Assembly (NCBI GenBank): GCA_050250895.1
Contig: JBFWNU010000008.1
Location: forward strand, 256,001 to 320,000
Source: Vulcanimicrobiota bacterium
GTDB lineage: Bacteria; Vulcanimicrobiota; Xenobia; Xenobiales; JADMJV01
Length of the DNA: 64,000 nucleotides
Direction: 5' to 3'
Position 1 is the stretch's first letter. Each line of letters starts with the position of its first letter. Positions 1 to 8,083 of this stretch are shown here, in pieces. The notes below the pieces were generated by a model. The model did not search any database, had not been told where the DNA came from, and saw only the letters and a list, made by a program, of their open reading frames with translations. The position numbers were made by a program, and so were the translations under genes.

Positions 1-1077
1 GTCGTCGCTGGTCGGGTCGCCCTTCATTTTTCGGTCAACGACCTTGAACTGCTCGATCACCAGCACAGGGATGCGATGACGCATGGCCAGGTCGTGCACG
101 GCTCTCGAGGCCTCAGCCACGTCCTCCCATTTCGCCACTGAGGCATATCGGCTCAGGTAGTCGATGCAGACGCAGGCGAGGTTCGGGTGTCGGAGTCGGA
201 ATGACTCGACTATGCTGATTAAGCCTCGGAAGTCGGTCGCGGCGTCGTGGATGTACAAGCCTCGAGACCGAAGCCAGTCCTCTCCTTGCCAGAGGTGGCC
301 GTCGGTGAGGTCGGAGTAGGGTCGTTTGAGGTGCTGGACGATCACTCGCTCGACCACGGCCCGCCGGTCCATTTCGTGGGAGCACCAGAGGACGGGGGCA
401 TCAGGTCTTGCCATGTTGGTGGCCATCTGTAGCCCGAGGCTTGTCTTACCGTGTTTGGGGAGGGCAGCCAGGACGACCACCTCCTGGCTACCCAGGCCCC
501 GGCAGTGATGGTCCAGCGACGCGAAGCCGGTCGCCAGCCAACGTTTTGCGGTGGTCTCGTCAGGCTTGGCCCGCTCCTCTGCTAGCGCGCGGGCGACGTC
601 GGCCGCATTCACAGGGAACTGACGCTCGGACCCTGCCATGGCTCTGCTCCAGATGGAGGACACCCTTTGCTTGCGCTCCTCTAGTGGCAGGGTCAAGTCC
701 CTAAAGACTGTCTGACAACGTTCTAGGGCGCGGGTCCCTCGCCGCTCAAACGAGCGTTCTCGGACGAGGTCGACCATCGTTTCGACCTCTGCCCCCGTGG
801 CCATTGCGGACGCCAGTAGCAGCTGGTCAGACGCTTCTCGATCGCCGTGGTCGACCATGATCTGCTGGAGCGCCATCGGCCCCGGCTCGAACCCTCTCTT
901 GAGCAGGCTAGTGAGAGCGACGAGCCCCTTTCGCGCGACGCGGTCGCCAAAGTCGTCGGGATTGAGCTGGGTTACGACCAGGACGGAAAGGCGCTCATCG
1001 TGGCAGCTCGACGCGATGAGTTCGCGCTCGAGCTCGTCGTGAGCGATGAGACGTAGTTCGGTGGGTGTATAGCTCAT
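1..1077 (-). CDS. DnaB-like replicative helicase of the integrated element (3' end beyond window edge)
   Basis: Not in the ORF track; translated manually. ATG at 1077 with a GGGGAGG RBS, open to position 1. Motifs: TGFASLD, Walker A LAALPKHGKTS, H1a WCSHEM, Walker B VCIDYL, H3 IPVLVIEQF, and PTSDD. Confidence 0.9.
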   Translation of the reverse strand, partial: MSYTPTELRLIAHDELERELIASSCHDERLSVLVVTQLNPDDFGDRVARKGLVALTSLLKRGFEPGPMALQQIMVDHGDREASDQLLLASAMATGAEVETMVDLVRERSFERRGTRALERCQTVFRDLTLPLEERKQRVSSIWSRAMAGSERQFPVNAADVARALAEERAKPDETTAKRWLATGFASLDHHCRGLGSQEVVVLAALPKHGKTSLGLQMATNMARPDAPVLWCSHEMDRRAVVERVIVQHLKRPYSDLTDGHLWQGEDWLRSRGLYIHDAATDFRGLISIVESFRLRHPNLACVCIDYLSRYASVAKWEDVAEASRAVHDLAMRHRIPVLVIEQFKVVDRKMKGDPTSDD

Positions 1078-1139
1078 CAGCGCCTCCCCCAGGCTACTCG
1101 CCTGCGGGCCGGCACTACACGCCACCGTAGGCCTGGCCG

Positions 1140-1169
1140 TTGCGTTGGTAGGCTACGGGGTGGTATGCT
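1140..1169 (+). promoter_or_regulatory. Putative sigma70 promoter (TTGCGT-18-TATGCT, extended TG) firing antisense to the helicase leader
   Basis: TTGCGT at 1140-1145, TG at 1161-1162, TATGCT at 1164-1169. Confidence 0.45.
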
Positions 1170-1198
1170 GCTAGTAGTCGTAAGAGATACTGGGCTGG

Positions 1199-1229
1199 CG
1201 CCGCCCCTCACGGGGCGGCGTTCGCTTTT
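1199..1229 (+). terminator. Intrinsic terminator-like hairpin
   Basis: CGCCGCCCC-TCAC-GGGGCGGCG (perfect 9 bp stem) followed by TTCGCTTTT. Confidence 0.6.
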
Positions 1230-1375
1230 GTAGGGCAATTGATGCGCTCCATTCGTCGGATTTGATACCCCGGTGGACGGACCTCGCTGAGCGCAGCGAG
1301 AGGCCTCTCGCACGGCGGTGTTATCGGGGCGCCGACCCCCGCGTCGTTACTTGAGTCCCCTTCAAGTTCGTTGGC

Positions 1376-1401
1376 AAAAAAAAGGCCTACTCGGCCAGGC
1401 C
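1376..1401 (-). terminator. Intrinsic terminator overlapping the xis-like stop codon
   Basis: On the minus strand, GGCCT-N8-AGGCC followed by T8. Confidence 0.5.
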
Positions 1402-1635
1402 GAGCAGACGCTCGAGCTTTGCTCGCGGCACCAGGATGCGACGGCCTACCCGGATACTCGGGATGCTACCGTCCTTGATGCCAATGTAGGTCGCGCCCTT
1501 GGACAAGCCAAGTATCTTGGCTGCTTGAGCCACCGAGTAGGTGGCGGGCTTGGGAGTCGGTGGGGGAGCTGGTTGGCCGGCCGGATGTGGCAGCGGCAGC
1601 GATAGGACTTTGGCGGGGCCGTTGTGGTTGTGCAT
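1387..1635 (-). CDS. Excisionase-like HTH_17 DNA-binding protein
   Basis: YSVAQAAKILGLSKGATYIGIKDGSIPSIRVGRRILVPRAKL is a typical MerR-like/Xis HTH. ATG at 1635 overlaps the upstream stop (TGATG). Confidence 0.85.
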   Translation of the reverse strand: MHNHNGPAKVLSLPLPHPAGQPAPPPTPKPATYSVAQAAKILGLSKGATYIGIKDGSIPSIRVGRRILVPRAKLERLLGLAE

Positions 1636-1868
1636 CAAGCGGCCACCGTGACTTCGACGATCAGGTCCCGGAGGGCGATGCCCGTCTTTTCGGACAGTGC
1701 CCAGAGCATGGCGACGGTGACGTGACAGTATCCGTGCAAGTGCGCATAGAGCGTGCGGTGCGGCACTCCGATCTGAGCGGCCAACCATTTGTAGGTGCGG
1801 CGCTCCTCCTCTTTCCAGGCGTCGAGCGCTCTCTTGTTCAAGTGAAAGCGGCGGTCCTTCAGTTTCAT
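1635..1868 (-). CDS. Cro-like HTH regulator
   Basis: 77 aa with HTH (YKWLAAQIGVPHRTLY), strong AGGAGG RBS, divergent from the XRE repressor. Confidence 0.75.
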   Translation of the reverse strand: MKLKDRRFHLNKRALDAWKEEERRTYKWLAAQIGVPHRTLYAHLHGYCHVTVAMLWALSEKTGIALRDLIVEVTVAA

Positions 1869-1915
1869 GTAAACCTCCTTCTTGCATCTGGCTTTGTAGT
1901 GTTAGGCGTAGCTTG

Positions 1916-1944
1916 GTTATAGCAGTCTCGCCCTAAAGTGTCAA
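1916..1944 (-). promoter_or_regulatory. Near-consensus sigma70 promoter for the cro-xis-helicase operon
   Basis: TTGACA (1944-1939), 17 bp spacer, TATAAC (1921-1916). Confidence 0.8.
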
Positions 1945-2010
1945 GCTGAGCAGGGTTTTGTCGTCGCCAGTGTAAATCTAGACCTATCAGCACGATAATC
2001 GAGGTGAGAC

Positions 2011-2742
2011 ATGGGGCTTTCGGAGACTTTCGGGGAAAGAGTAAAGCGGGCCAGAGCGGAGAGAAACCTTTCTCAGAGCGGTCTGGCCGATTCCGTGGGC
2101 GTATCGAGGACCACGATCGCGGAATGGGAAGCAGGTCGTTCGAGCCCTGAATTTTCGAGGTTAGAGCCTCTCGCGGAGGCGCTCGGGCGGCCTGTGTCTT
2201 GGTTCTTTCTCCAGGACCAGCCCGGTTCGTTCGCTGAGGTCAGTTCGCGTGACCTGTTCGAGGCTTACCTGGAAGCTGCGGAAGCCTGCGCCGTCCACGA
2301 AAGGCACCTCCACCAGGCCCTTCACGGTCTGCGCAGCGCGCGGTGCTATTTCTCGTTCGCAGCAGCTCACGCGGCGGAGCGAGATGACGGGGATTCTGAT
2401 CTCTATGAACTGCATCGGCGAACCGGATTCCAGTATGAGCCGGCCGAGGAGTTCACGGACGAAAAGTTCGCGGAGAGCCGCTGGCGCCAGTTCACCTGGC
2501 TCACCGGGGTGTCGGAGTCGGTCGATAGAAGTGACGACCTGGAGAGCCTCGCCCTGGCCGGGCCTGACTCCGAACAGCTCGAGGCGAGGCATCTCACGCG
2601 CCTTCTGGCCACCTGTCAGGTGGACCTGAAGGACCTTCCCGAGCATCAGGTTCAAGAAGCGGAGAAGAGTATCCGGGTCTGGCGGGCCGCCCTCAAGGGC
2701 GAAGGGCTGGACGTATTGCAGAAGGAGGAGTCGAAGCAGTGA
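2011..2742 (+). CDS. XRE/CI-like repressor with an unknown C-terminal domain
   Basis: N-terminal HTH_3 (LSQSGLADSVGVSRTTIAEWEAGRSSP). No recognisable S24 peptidase domain. Confidence 0.85.
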   Translation: MGLSETFGERVKRARAERNLSQSGLADSVGVSRTTIAEWEAGRSSPEFSRLEPLAEALGRPVSWFFLQDQPGSFAEVSSRDLFEAYLEAAEACAVHERHLHQALHGLRSARCYFSFAAAHAAERDDGDSDLYELHRRTGFQYEPAEEFTDEKFAESRWRQFTWLTGVSESVDRSDDLESLALAGPDSEQLEARHLTRLLATCQVDLKDLPEHQVQEAEKSIRVWRAALKGEGLDVLQKEESKQ

Positions 2743-3899
2743 GAGGTCATATCGAGAAGCGCGGTCCCCAGCGCTACAAGGTGAGAATCTTCCTCGGTCG
2801 GGACGATAACGGGAAGGTCATCCGTCGCTCAAAGACGATTCACGGCACCCTCAAGGACGCCCAGCGGGCATTGACCGAACTCCTCCAGCAGTTCAACATG
2901 AACTGCCTGCCGGAAGAGCACAAGCTCACCGTTGCGGACTATCTCGCCCAGTGGCTGGCCAACGCCGCTGCCGGCCGGGTCAGCGAGCGGACCCTTCGGG
3001 ACTATCGCGGGATGTTCGACCGCTACGTCCTGCCCGAGCTGGGCCGGCTACGCCTCGAGGCGCTCACCCCGATGGCCATCCAGGGGCTCTACACGAAGAT
3101 GGGCCGGACCATCAGCGCCCACACCGGCCGGCCCCTGTCCCCCCGCAGCATCCAGTACACTCACCGAACCCTCTGCCAGGCCCTGAAACAGGCCGTTCGC
3201 TGGCGCCTGCTACCCAACAACCCGGCGGAGCTGGTGGACGTGCCCAAGCAGGTGAAGCGGCAGATGCTGTTCCTCACCCCCGAGCAGGCCCGAGCCTTCC
3301 TGGGCGCCGTCGAGGGCGCCCCACATGAACTCTATCTCGCGTTCCTCCTGTCGGTGGGCTGCCGACCGAGCGAGGCCCGCGGCCTCCAGTGGCGTGACCT
3401 CGACTGGAAGCAGCACACGGCTCAGATCGTGCGCACGGTGGCCGAGACGCGCCAGGGCGCCCGGCAGAACACCTGGACCTTCGCCCCGTGTAAGACCGAT
3501 GGCTCCCACCGAACCGTGTCCATCCCGAAGACGGTGATGGAGCGGCTGCGCTTCCACCAGCGGCAGCAAGAGGCCGAGAAGATGGCCGCCGGCGAGGCCT
3601 ACCAGAACAGCGGGCTGGTTTTCTGCACGACGCTGGGCACGCCCTTGAACCTCTCGAACGTCAAGCGGCGCAGCTTTCACCCCGTCCTCGCGAAGGCCGA
3701 CCTGCCGCGCATTCGGTTGTACGACCTGCGGCACACCTACGCGACGCTTCAGCTCTCGGCGGGGCAGAACCCGAAGATTGTGGCGGAGCAGCTCGGCCAC
3801 TCGTCGGTGACACTGACGCTCGACGTTTACTCGCACGCCATCCCGTCGCTGCGCCAAGCGGCCGCCGAGGTTGCCGAGCAGCTCCTCTGGGCTCGCTAG
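2739..3899 (+). CDS. int: Tyrosine site-specific integrase
   Basis: Catalytic motifs GCRPSEARGL, K, YDLRHTYAT, LGHSS and DVYSH; adjacent to a tRNA 3' end. Confidence 0.95.
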   Translation: MRGHIEKRGPQRYKVRIFLGRDDNGKVIRRSKTIHGTLKDAQRALTELLQQFNMNCLPEEHKLTVADYLAQWLANAAAGRVSERTLRDYRGMFDRYVLPELGRLRLEALTPMAIQGLYTKMGRTISAHTGRPLSPRSIQYTHRTLCQALKQAVRWRLLPNNPAELVDVPKQVKRQMLFLTPEQARAFLGAVEGAPHELYLAFLLSVGCRPSEARGLQWRDLDWKQHTAQIVRTVAETRQGARQNTWTFAPCKTDGSHRTVSIPKTVMERLRFHQRQQEAEKMAAGEAYQNSGLVFCTTLGTPLNLSNVKRRSFHPVLAKADLPRIRLYDLRHTYATLQLSAGQNPKIVAEQLGHSSVTLTLDVYSHAIPSLRQAAAEVAEQLLWAR

Positions 3900-4129
3900 C
3901 GTCGCCCCAAAGCCGTCACGTTGCACGTGCAGCGGTAGAGGCTAGCGCTGCTGCGCTCGACCTCAAGCACCGTGAACAGGTGCAATCCGTCTTCCTCATG
4001 ATGGTCAATGAGTCTCTCGAAGGTGTCGCCAGGCTCGGGGGGCTCTTCACACATTTGCTCGACGCAGAGCCGGTCGGCATACCTGTTGTTGGCATAGCCC
4101 GCTGGGATATTGAGGAAAACTTTGACCAT
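3896..4129 (-). CDS. Small hypothetical protein between int and att
   Basis: 77 aa ORF with a GGAG RBS and lower GC, convergent with int. Confidence 0.5.
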   Translation of the reverse strand: MVKVFLNIPAGYANNRYADRLCVEQMCEEPPEPGDTFERLIDHHEEDGLHLFTVLEVERSSASLYRCTCNVTALGRR

Positions 4130-4142
4130 TGGCTCCGAATTT

Positions 4143-4164
4143 GCTGATCCCCCGCTGATCCCCC
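4143..4164 (+). repeat. Tandem 11-bp direct repeat GCTGATCCCCC x2, probable integrase arm-binding sites
   Basis: Perfect repeat at 4143-4153 and 4154-4164, about 50 bp from the tRNA CCA end. Confidence 0.6.
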
Positions 4165-4213
4165 AAGCCCGATTTTCGCGAGAATGGGGGAGGCGGAAAA
4201 CCGCTTGGTTACT

Positions 4214-4289
4214 TGGTCTCCACGGGCGGAATCGAACCGTCGACCTACTGCTTAGGAGGCAGTTGCTCTATCCCCTGAGCTACGTGGAG
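4214..4289 (-). tRNA. tRNA-Arg (CCT)
   Basis: 76-nt cloverleaf: acceptor CTCCACG/CGTGGAG, anticodon loop CT-CCT-AA, T-loop TTCGATT, encoded CCA. Confidence 0.97.
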
Positions 4290-4366
4290 TCTTCCCGTCG
4301 AAGGTAGCAAAATCGACTGGGCGTGTCAACGCGGGTTTTCGGCCCTGCGCCTCGAAGGGCCCGAGC

Positions 4367-5092
4367 ATGAAGGATACGACCACTGCCCCCGACCCGCGCC
4401 TGCGGCCGTTGGGCTGGCTGCTGCACCTCTACACCGGTTCCGGAGCGGTCTTCGGGCTGCTGGCCTTGCAAGCCACCGACGCCGGGGACTATCGCCAGGC
4501 CTTCCTGTGGATGGCGGTGACGCTGGTGATCGACGCCAGCGATGGCACCCTGGCCCGCATGCTCAAGATCGATCGCCTGATTCCGCAGATCGATGGACGC
4601 TGCCTTGACGATGTGGTCGACTACTTCACCTACGTGCTGGTTCCAATGGCCTTCGTGCTCAAAGCCGGGCTGGTCATCCCGACTGTGTGGGCGGTGGTGT
4701 TGCCGGTGATGGCCAGCGGATTGGGTTTTGCCAACCGGCAGGCCAAGACCGACGACGACTTCTTCCTGGGCTTTCCGTCCTACTGGAATGTGGTCGTGCT
4801 CTACATCTGGATGTTCGACTGGGCGCCCTGGCTCAACACCCTCATCATCACCGCAATCGGCTTGATGGTGCTCGTGCCGACCCGCTACATCTATCCGAGC
4901 AAGACCAAGCAATACCAGGGCCTGACCGTGGGTCTGTGCGTGCTGTGGGGCGTGCAGGTGCTGCTCGCCTTTTGCGTGCCCGATCGATTGCCCGACTGGT
5001 GGCTCGTTTCGACCCTTTATTTCCCGGTCTACTATCTGGCTTTGTCGCTACACCTGCACCGTCAGGCGGCTTCGCGCACGTCGGACGACTGA
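4367..5092 (+). CDS. pcs: Phosphatidylcholine synthase (CDP-alcohol phosphatidyltransferase)
   Basis: HLYTGSG, DASDGTLAR...DGRCLDDVVDY and FLGFPSYWNVV; multiple TM helices. Confidence 0.8.
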   Translation: MKDTTTAPDPRLRPLGWLLHLYTGSGAVFGLLALQATDAGDYRQAFLWMAVTLVIDASDGTLARMLKIDRLIPQIDGRCLDDVVDYFTYVLVPMAFVLKAGLVIPTVWAVVLPVMASGLGFANRQAKTDDDFFLGFPSYWNVVVLYIWMFDWAPWLNTLIITAIGLMVLVPTRYIYPSKTKQYQGLTVGLCVLWGVQVLLAFCVPDRLPDWWLVSTLYFPVYYLALSLHLHRQAASRTSDD

Positions 5093-6159
5093 GGCGGTTC
5101 GGCGGGTTTGTCAGGGCCGGGCGGGTCACCGCCTTCGCCCTTCTCTTCTTTGGCAAACAGCGCGATCTGGGCTTGCTGGACGGTCTCCATGATGCCACCC
5201 AGGACGAAGCCCGACAGGCCGCCATCGCTGTACTGATAGCCGCGAATGCCTTCTTTGATGAACGAGGCCGGCAGCGAGCCAAGGGCGTTGCGCTTTTTCT
5301 CGTCCACTTCGGTGGGCAGCACTTTTTCGATGCCTTTGCCGATGTCTTCGGCCAGGTTGCGGAAGAACTGCGAGAAGCGCGGGCCGATAAAGGGGCCGGC
5401 GGCGCCAGCAGCCGCCGAATAGGCCATGATGGTGGCCAGTCCACCAGGGGGGTTGAAGACCTGGGCCAGCACCGCTCCAGCCGCTGCCCCGGTGGCTCCG
5501 CCGATGACGGCAGTGACCAATTTTTGCATCTTGGGCTTGTCCTTGAGGAACTCGGTCTCGGCCAGCTGGCTGCCCAGGCGCACACCGGCCACGGCCCCCA
5601 GGCCGCCGCCCAGTTTGGCTGGACCGTCCACGCCGAAGGCCGAAATCATGGTGGCGTTGCCGCCCGAATCACGAACTCTCGACTCGCCATGGGCGCGGAT
5701 GGTCTGGAAGAGGCCCAGCAAGGCACCGTTGGCCACGGCGCCGGGATTGCCGGTGTAGAGGCCGATGACGTAGCCGGCGGCGGCGCCCACGCCGGTGCCG
5801 GTGACCAGACCCAAAATCTGGCTGCCAGATTTATTCTGAGCGGTCGCTCCGCCCAGGGCCGAGGCGGCTCCGGCGGCAGCACCGGGCAGACCCCAGAGGT
5901 AAAAGCCTTCGGTGCCACCCTGAAAGGCGGCCTGAAAGAGAGAAGCGCCATTAAAGTTGCCGGCTGTGTGGGGGCGCGGCGAGGTATAGTCATCCAACCA
6001 CTTGATCCCCTTCTTCAAGGGGGAAAGGACCCCGCCGTCCGAGCTGGGCTCGGGTTCGGGCTTGACCGGCACGTCCACTTTGTCAGGCGGACCTTCCTGG
6101 CGTGGGGCGGCGCGCGAGGCGAGGGGTGAGGGAGCAGAGACAAGGCTGGGAATATACAT
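5062..6159 (-). CDS. Glycine-zipper-rich hypothetical membrane-associated protein
   Basis: Several GxxxG-rich hydrophobic segments; Pro/Ser-rich N-terminus with no Sec signal. Confidence 0.7.
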   Translation of the reverse strand: MYIPSLVSAPSPLASRAAPRQEGPPDKVDVPVKPEPEPSSDGGVLSPLKKGIKWLDDYTSPRPHTAGNFNGASLFQAAFQGGTEGFYLWGLPGAAAGAASALGGATAQNKSGSQILGLVTGTGVGAAAGYVIGLYTGNPGAVANGALLGLFQTIRAHGESRVRDSGGNATMISAFGVDGPAKLGGGLGAVAGVRLGSQLAETEFLKDKPKMQKLVTAVIGGATGAAAGAVLAQVFNPPGGLATIMAYSAAAGAAGPFIGPRFSQFFRNLAEDIGKGIEKVLPTEVDEKKRNALGSLPASFIKEGIRGYQYSDGGLSGFVLGGIMETVQQAQIALFAKEEKGEGGDPPGPDKPAEPPQSSDVREAA

Positions 6160-6242
6160 ACCAGCACGTTACCGCGACTTGCTGAAAACATGCTGAAATT
6201 CTGACAAGCAGGCGGGCGGGCTGCCTTCGCGAAACGCATAGA

Positions 6243-7559
6243 GTGCAGCAGTTGGGGGATTTTCTGGCCGGCCTGGCCAGAGGCCGGATCGAGTCGACCG
6301 GCAAGTTCACGCTCAACCTGAGCAAGGCCCGCGCTAAACTTCGCGAGTATCGACTGGCCGAGCCGGGCCTGTATCTGTTGAAGCTGATTCAGGGAGCCGT
6401 GGCCGCCGGCTGCCGCACGTTCCGCTGCCAGATCGAGGCCGATGAGGTGGCGGTCGAGTTCCAGGCTCGCGAGAGCGAACTGCCGATTTCTCGGCTGCTG
6501 GCAGCTCTCGAGAATCCGCAAGAACTCAAAGATAGCCCCCTGCGCCATCTGGCCATCGGTCTGACGGCCGCCCTGGTCTATCGTTCGGCTGAGCTGCGTC
6601 TCGAGGCTTTCACCCAGCGTTCTAGTTTGGCTTTGCGCTTGACCGAGGAAGCCCTGGAACCCCTGGCTGTAACGGTCTCGCCCGAGGTTTCACGCAAGGC
6701 AGTCGTTTTTCGACTGACCTTGAGACGAGCTGCTTCTTTGATGGCCGAGCTGCGGCTGCAACTGGGCGAACGGGCGGCCGAGCATCATCTGGTCTATTCC
6801 CGTTGCCGATTTGCCCGAACCGAGATCGTGGTGGACGGCAAGCCCATCCCGAGGGGTTGGGCCGCGCCGTCGGGTCAGTCGTGGCATCACCAGCTGGCCG
6901 AGCCATTCTGGTTGGCCCAGCGCATCCATCGCGCCCGCACCCGCAAGGGGTCGCTGTGGTTTCCGCCGTTCGGGCCCTGCAAGCTCGAGCGGAGTGCCGA
7001 CGCTTTTTTGTTGGAATACGACGCCTACGAGCACGGCTATATCTTCCTGCATCAGTTCTTGAACGCCCGAGGAGCCGAGATGGCGCCCGAGCGCGACGAA
7101 GGCTATCCCGTTTCGATGGCCTTTTTGGTTCCCTCGGCCCTCGAAGGGCCGGCTCAGGTGGTGGCTGTTAAAGGCGGCGTCACCCTCGAGCCGGTCGAGT
7201 TAGCGGGCCTGGACTGCCCGGGAACGCTCTGCCTGGTGCTCGGTGATGAGCTCGAAACCGACCTGTCGGAGTTTCAGGTGCGCCAAACGACCGAGTGGAC
7301 TCGTCGGCTCGAGGACCTCGAAGTCGAGCTGCGGATTTTGGCTCGCCAGCTACGGCTCAACCTGGACCGGCTGGATATTCCCCCTTCCCGGTCGGGACGA
7401 ATGGCGGTGGGACAGGTCGTCAGTCTGGCGGCCACCGGGTTGTTCTTCTGGAAGTTGGTGCCGGTGTGCTGCGGCGTGCTGGCCCTGATGAGCCATCTGC
7501 GCGAGGGAAACCGGAGCGAGGGTCTGCGCAACGGCCTGATGAAGAGGCTGGGCGGGTGA
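6243..7559 (+). CDS. Hypothetical protein with a degenerate HSP90/GHKL-like N-terminus and a C-terminal TM
   Basis: GKFTL...KLREYRL.EPGLYLLKLIQGAV resembles the first helix region of GHKL ATPases. Confidence 0.6.
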   Translation: MQQLGDFLAGLARGRIESTGKFTLNLSKARAKLREYRLAEPGLYLLKLIQGAVAAGCRTFRCQIEADEVAVEFQARESELPISRLLAALENPQELKDSPLRHLAIGLTAALVYRSAELRLEAFTQRSSLALRLTEEALEPLAVTVSPEVSRKAVVFRLTLRRAASLMAELRLQLGERAAEHHLVYSRCRFARTEIVVDGKPIPRGWAAPSGQSWHHQLAEPFWLAQRIHRARTRKGSLWFPPFGPCKLERSADAFLLEYDAYEHGYIFLHQFLNARGAEMAPERDEGYPVSMAFLVPSALEGPAQVVAVKGGVTLEPVELAGLDCPGTLCLVLGDELETDLSEFQVRQTTEWTRRLEDLEVELRILARQLRLNLDRLDIPPSRSGRMAVGQVVSLAATGLFFWKLVPVCCGVLALMSHLREGNRSEGLRNGLMKRLGG

Positions 7560-8083
7560 GGCCCCAGAAAGAAGCGAGGGTGAGAAGGATCGCCCTGGGT
7601 GGCTTGCTGTTGCTGGGTCTGGTGGGTCTCGCCCTGGCCGAGGGTGATGCTCCCCCGGCGCCCAAGCTCAAGAATGTGAAGGTTTGGTATTACCCGCCGG
7701 CCGGCGAGCCGGTGGCGCTGGTGTGGTGGCAGCCTGACAAACTGCCCGTTTCGAACCGCCACTATCGCTTCGACCGCGGCGGTCGCTTTCGCACTCGGGT
7801 CGAGATGGAAGGAGGGTTCGTCAAAGACGGCCGGGTGGTCAATTTCGTGACGATCGCCTTTCGCGATACCAACTCGAACATGTTTCAGCTGCCCATCTCG
7901 CAGAGCCTGGTGGAGGGGCCGGTCAAAGATGTTTTCTGGAGCCCGCCTACTCGCTTTGCCTCAGGCGACATGGATTTTCAAGTTGCTCTCTGGAACGACG
8001 TCTTGCCCAAGGTGAGTCTCGATACTTCCATCGTGGATCGCACCGACTTTCTGATGTTGGGCCGCCTCGACCCGCCCCGCTAA
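7556..8083 (+). CDS. Secreted hypothetical protein
   Basis: GTG overlaps the upstream stop (alternative start 7580); signal peptide RRIALGGLLLLGLVGLALA. Confidence 0.65.
   Translation: MRPQKEARVRRIALGGLLLLGLVGLALAEGDAPPAPKLKNVKVWYYPPAGEPVALVWWQPDKLPVSNRHYRFDRGGRFRTRVEMEGGFVKDGRVVNFVTIAFRDTNSNMFQLPISQSLVEGPVKDVFWSPPTRFASGDMDFQVALWNDVLPKVSLDTSIVDRTDFLMLGRLDPPR

Larger units (their letters stand above)
1..4250. mobile_element. End of an integrated prophage/phage-satellite-like element at tRNA-Arg
   Basis: Helicase-xis-cro // repressor-int module abutting the tRNA 3' end. The other boundary lies outside the window. Confidence 0.85.

Noticed and set aside
113-1056. Short ORFs listed in the track
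   Set aside because: They are shadows of the minus-strand DnaB-like ORF at 1-1077.
1077-1313. 78-aa ORF abutting the helicase start
   Set aside because: Arg/Pro-rich, with no RBS and lying across hairpins. It is more likely non-coding, although a leader-peptide role is not excluded.
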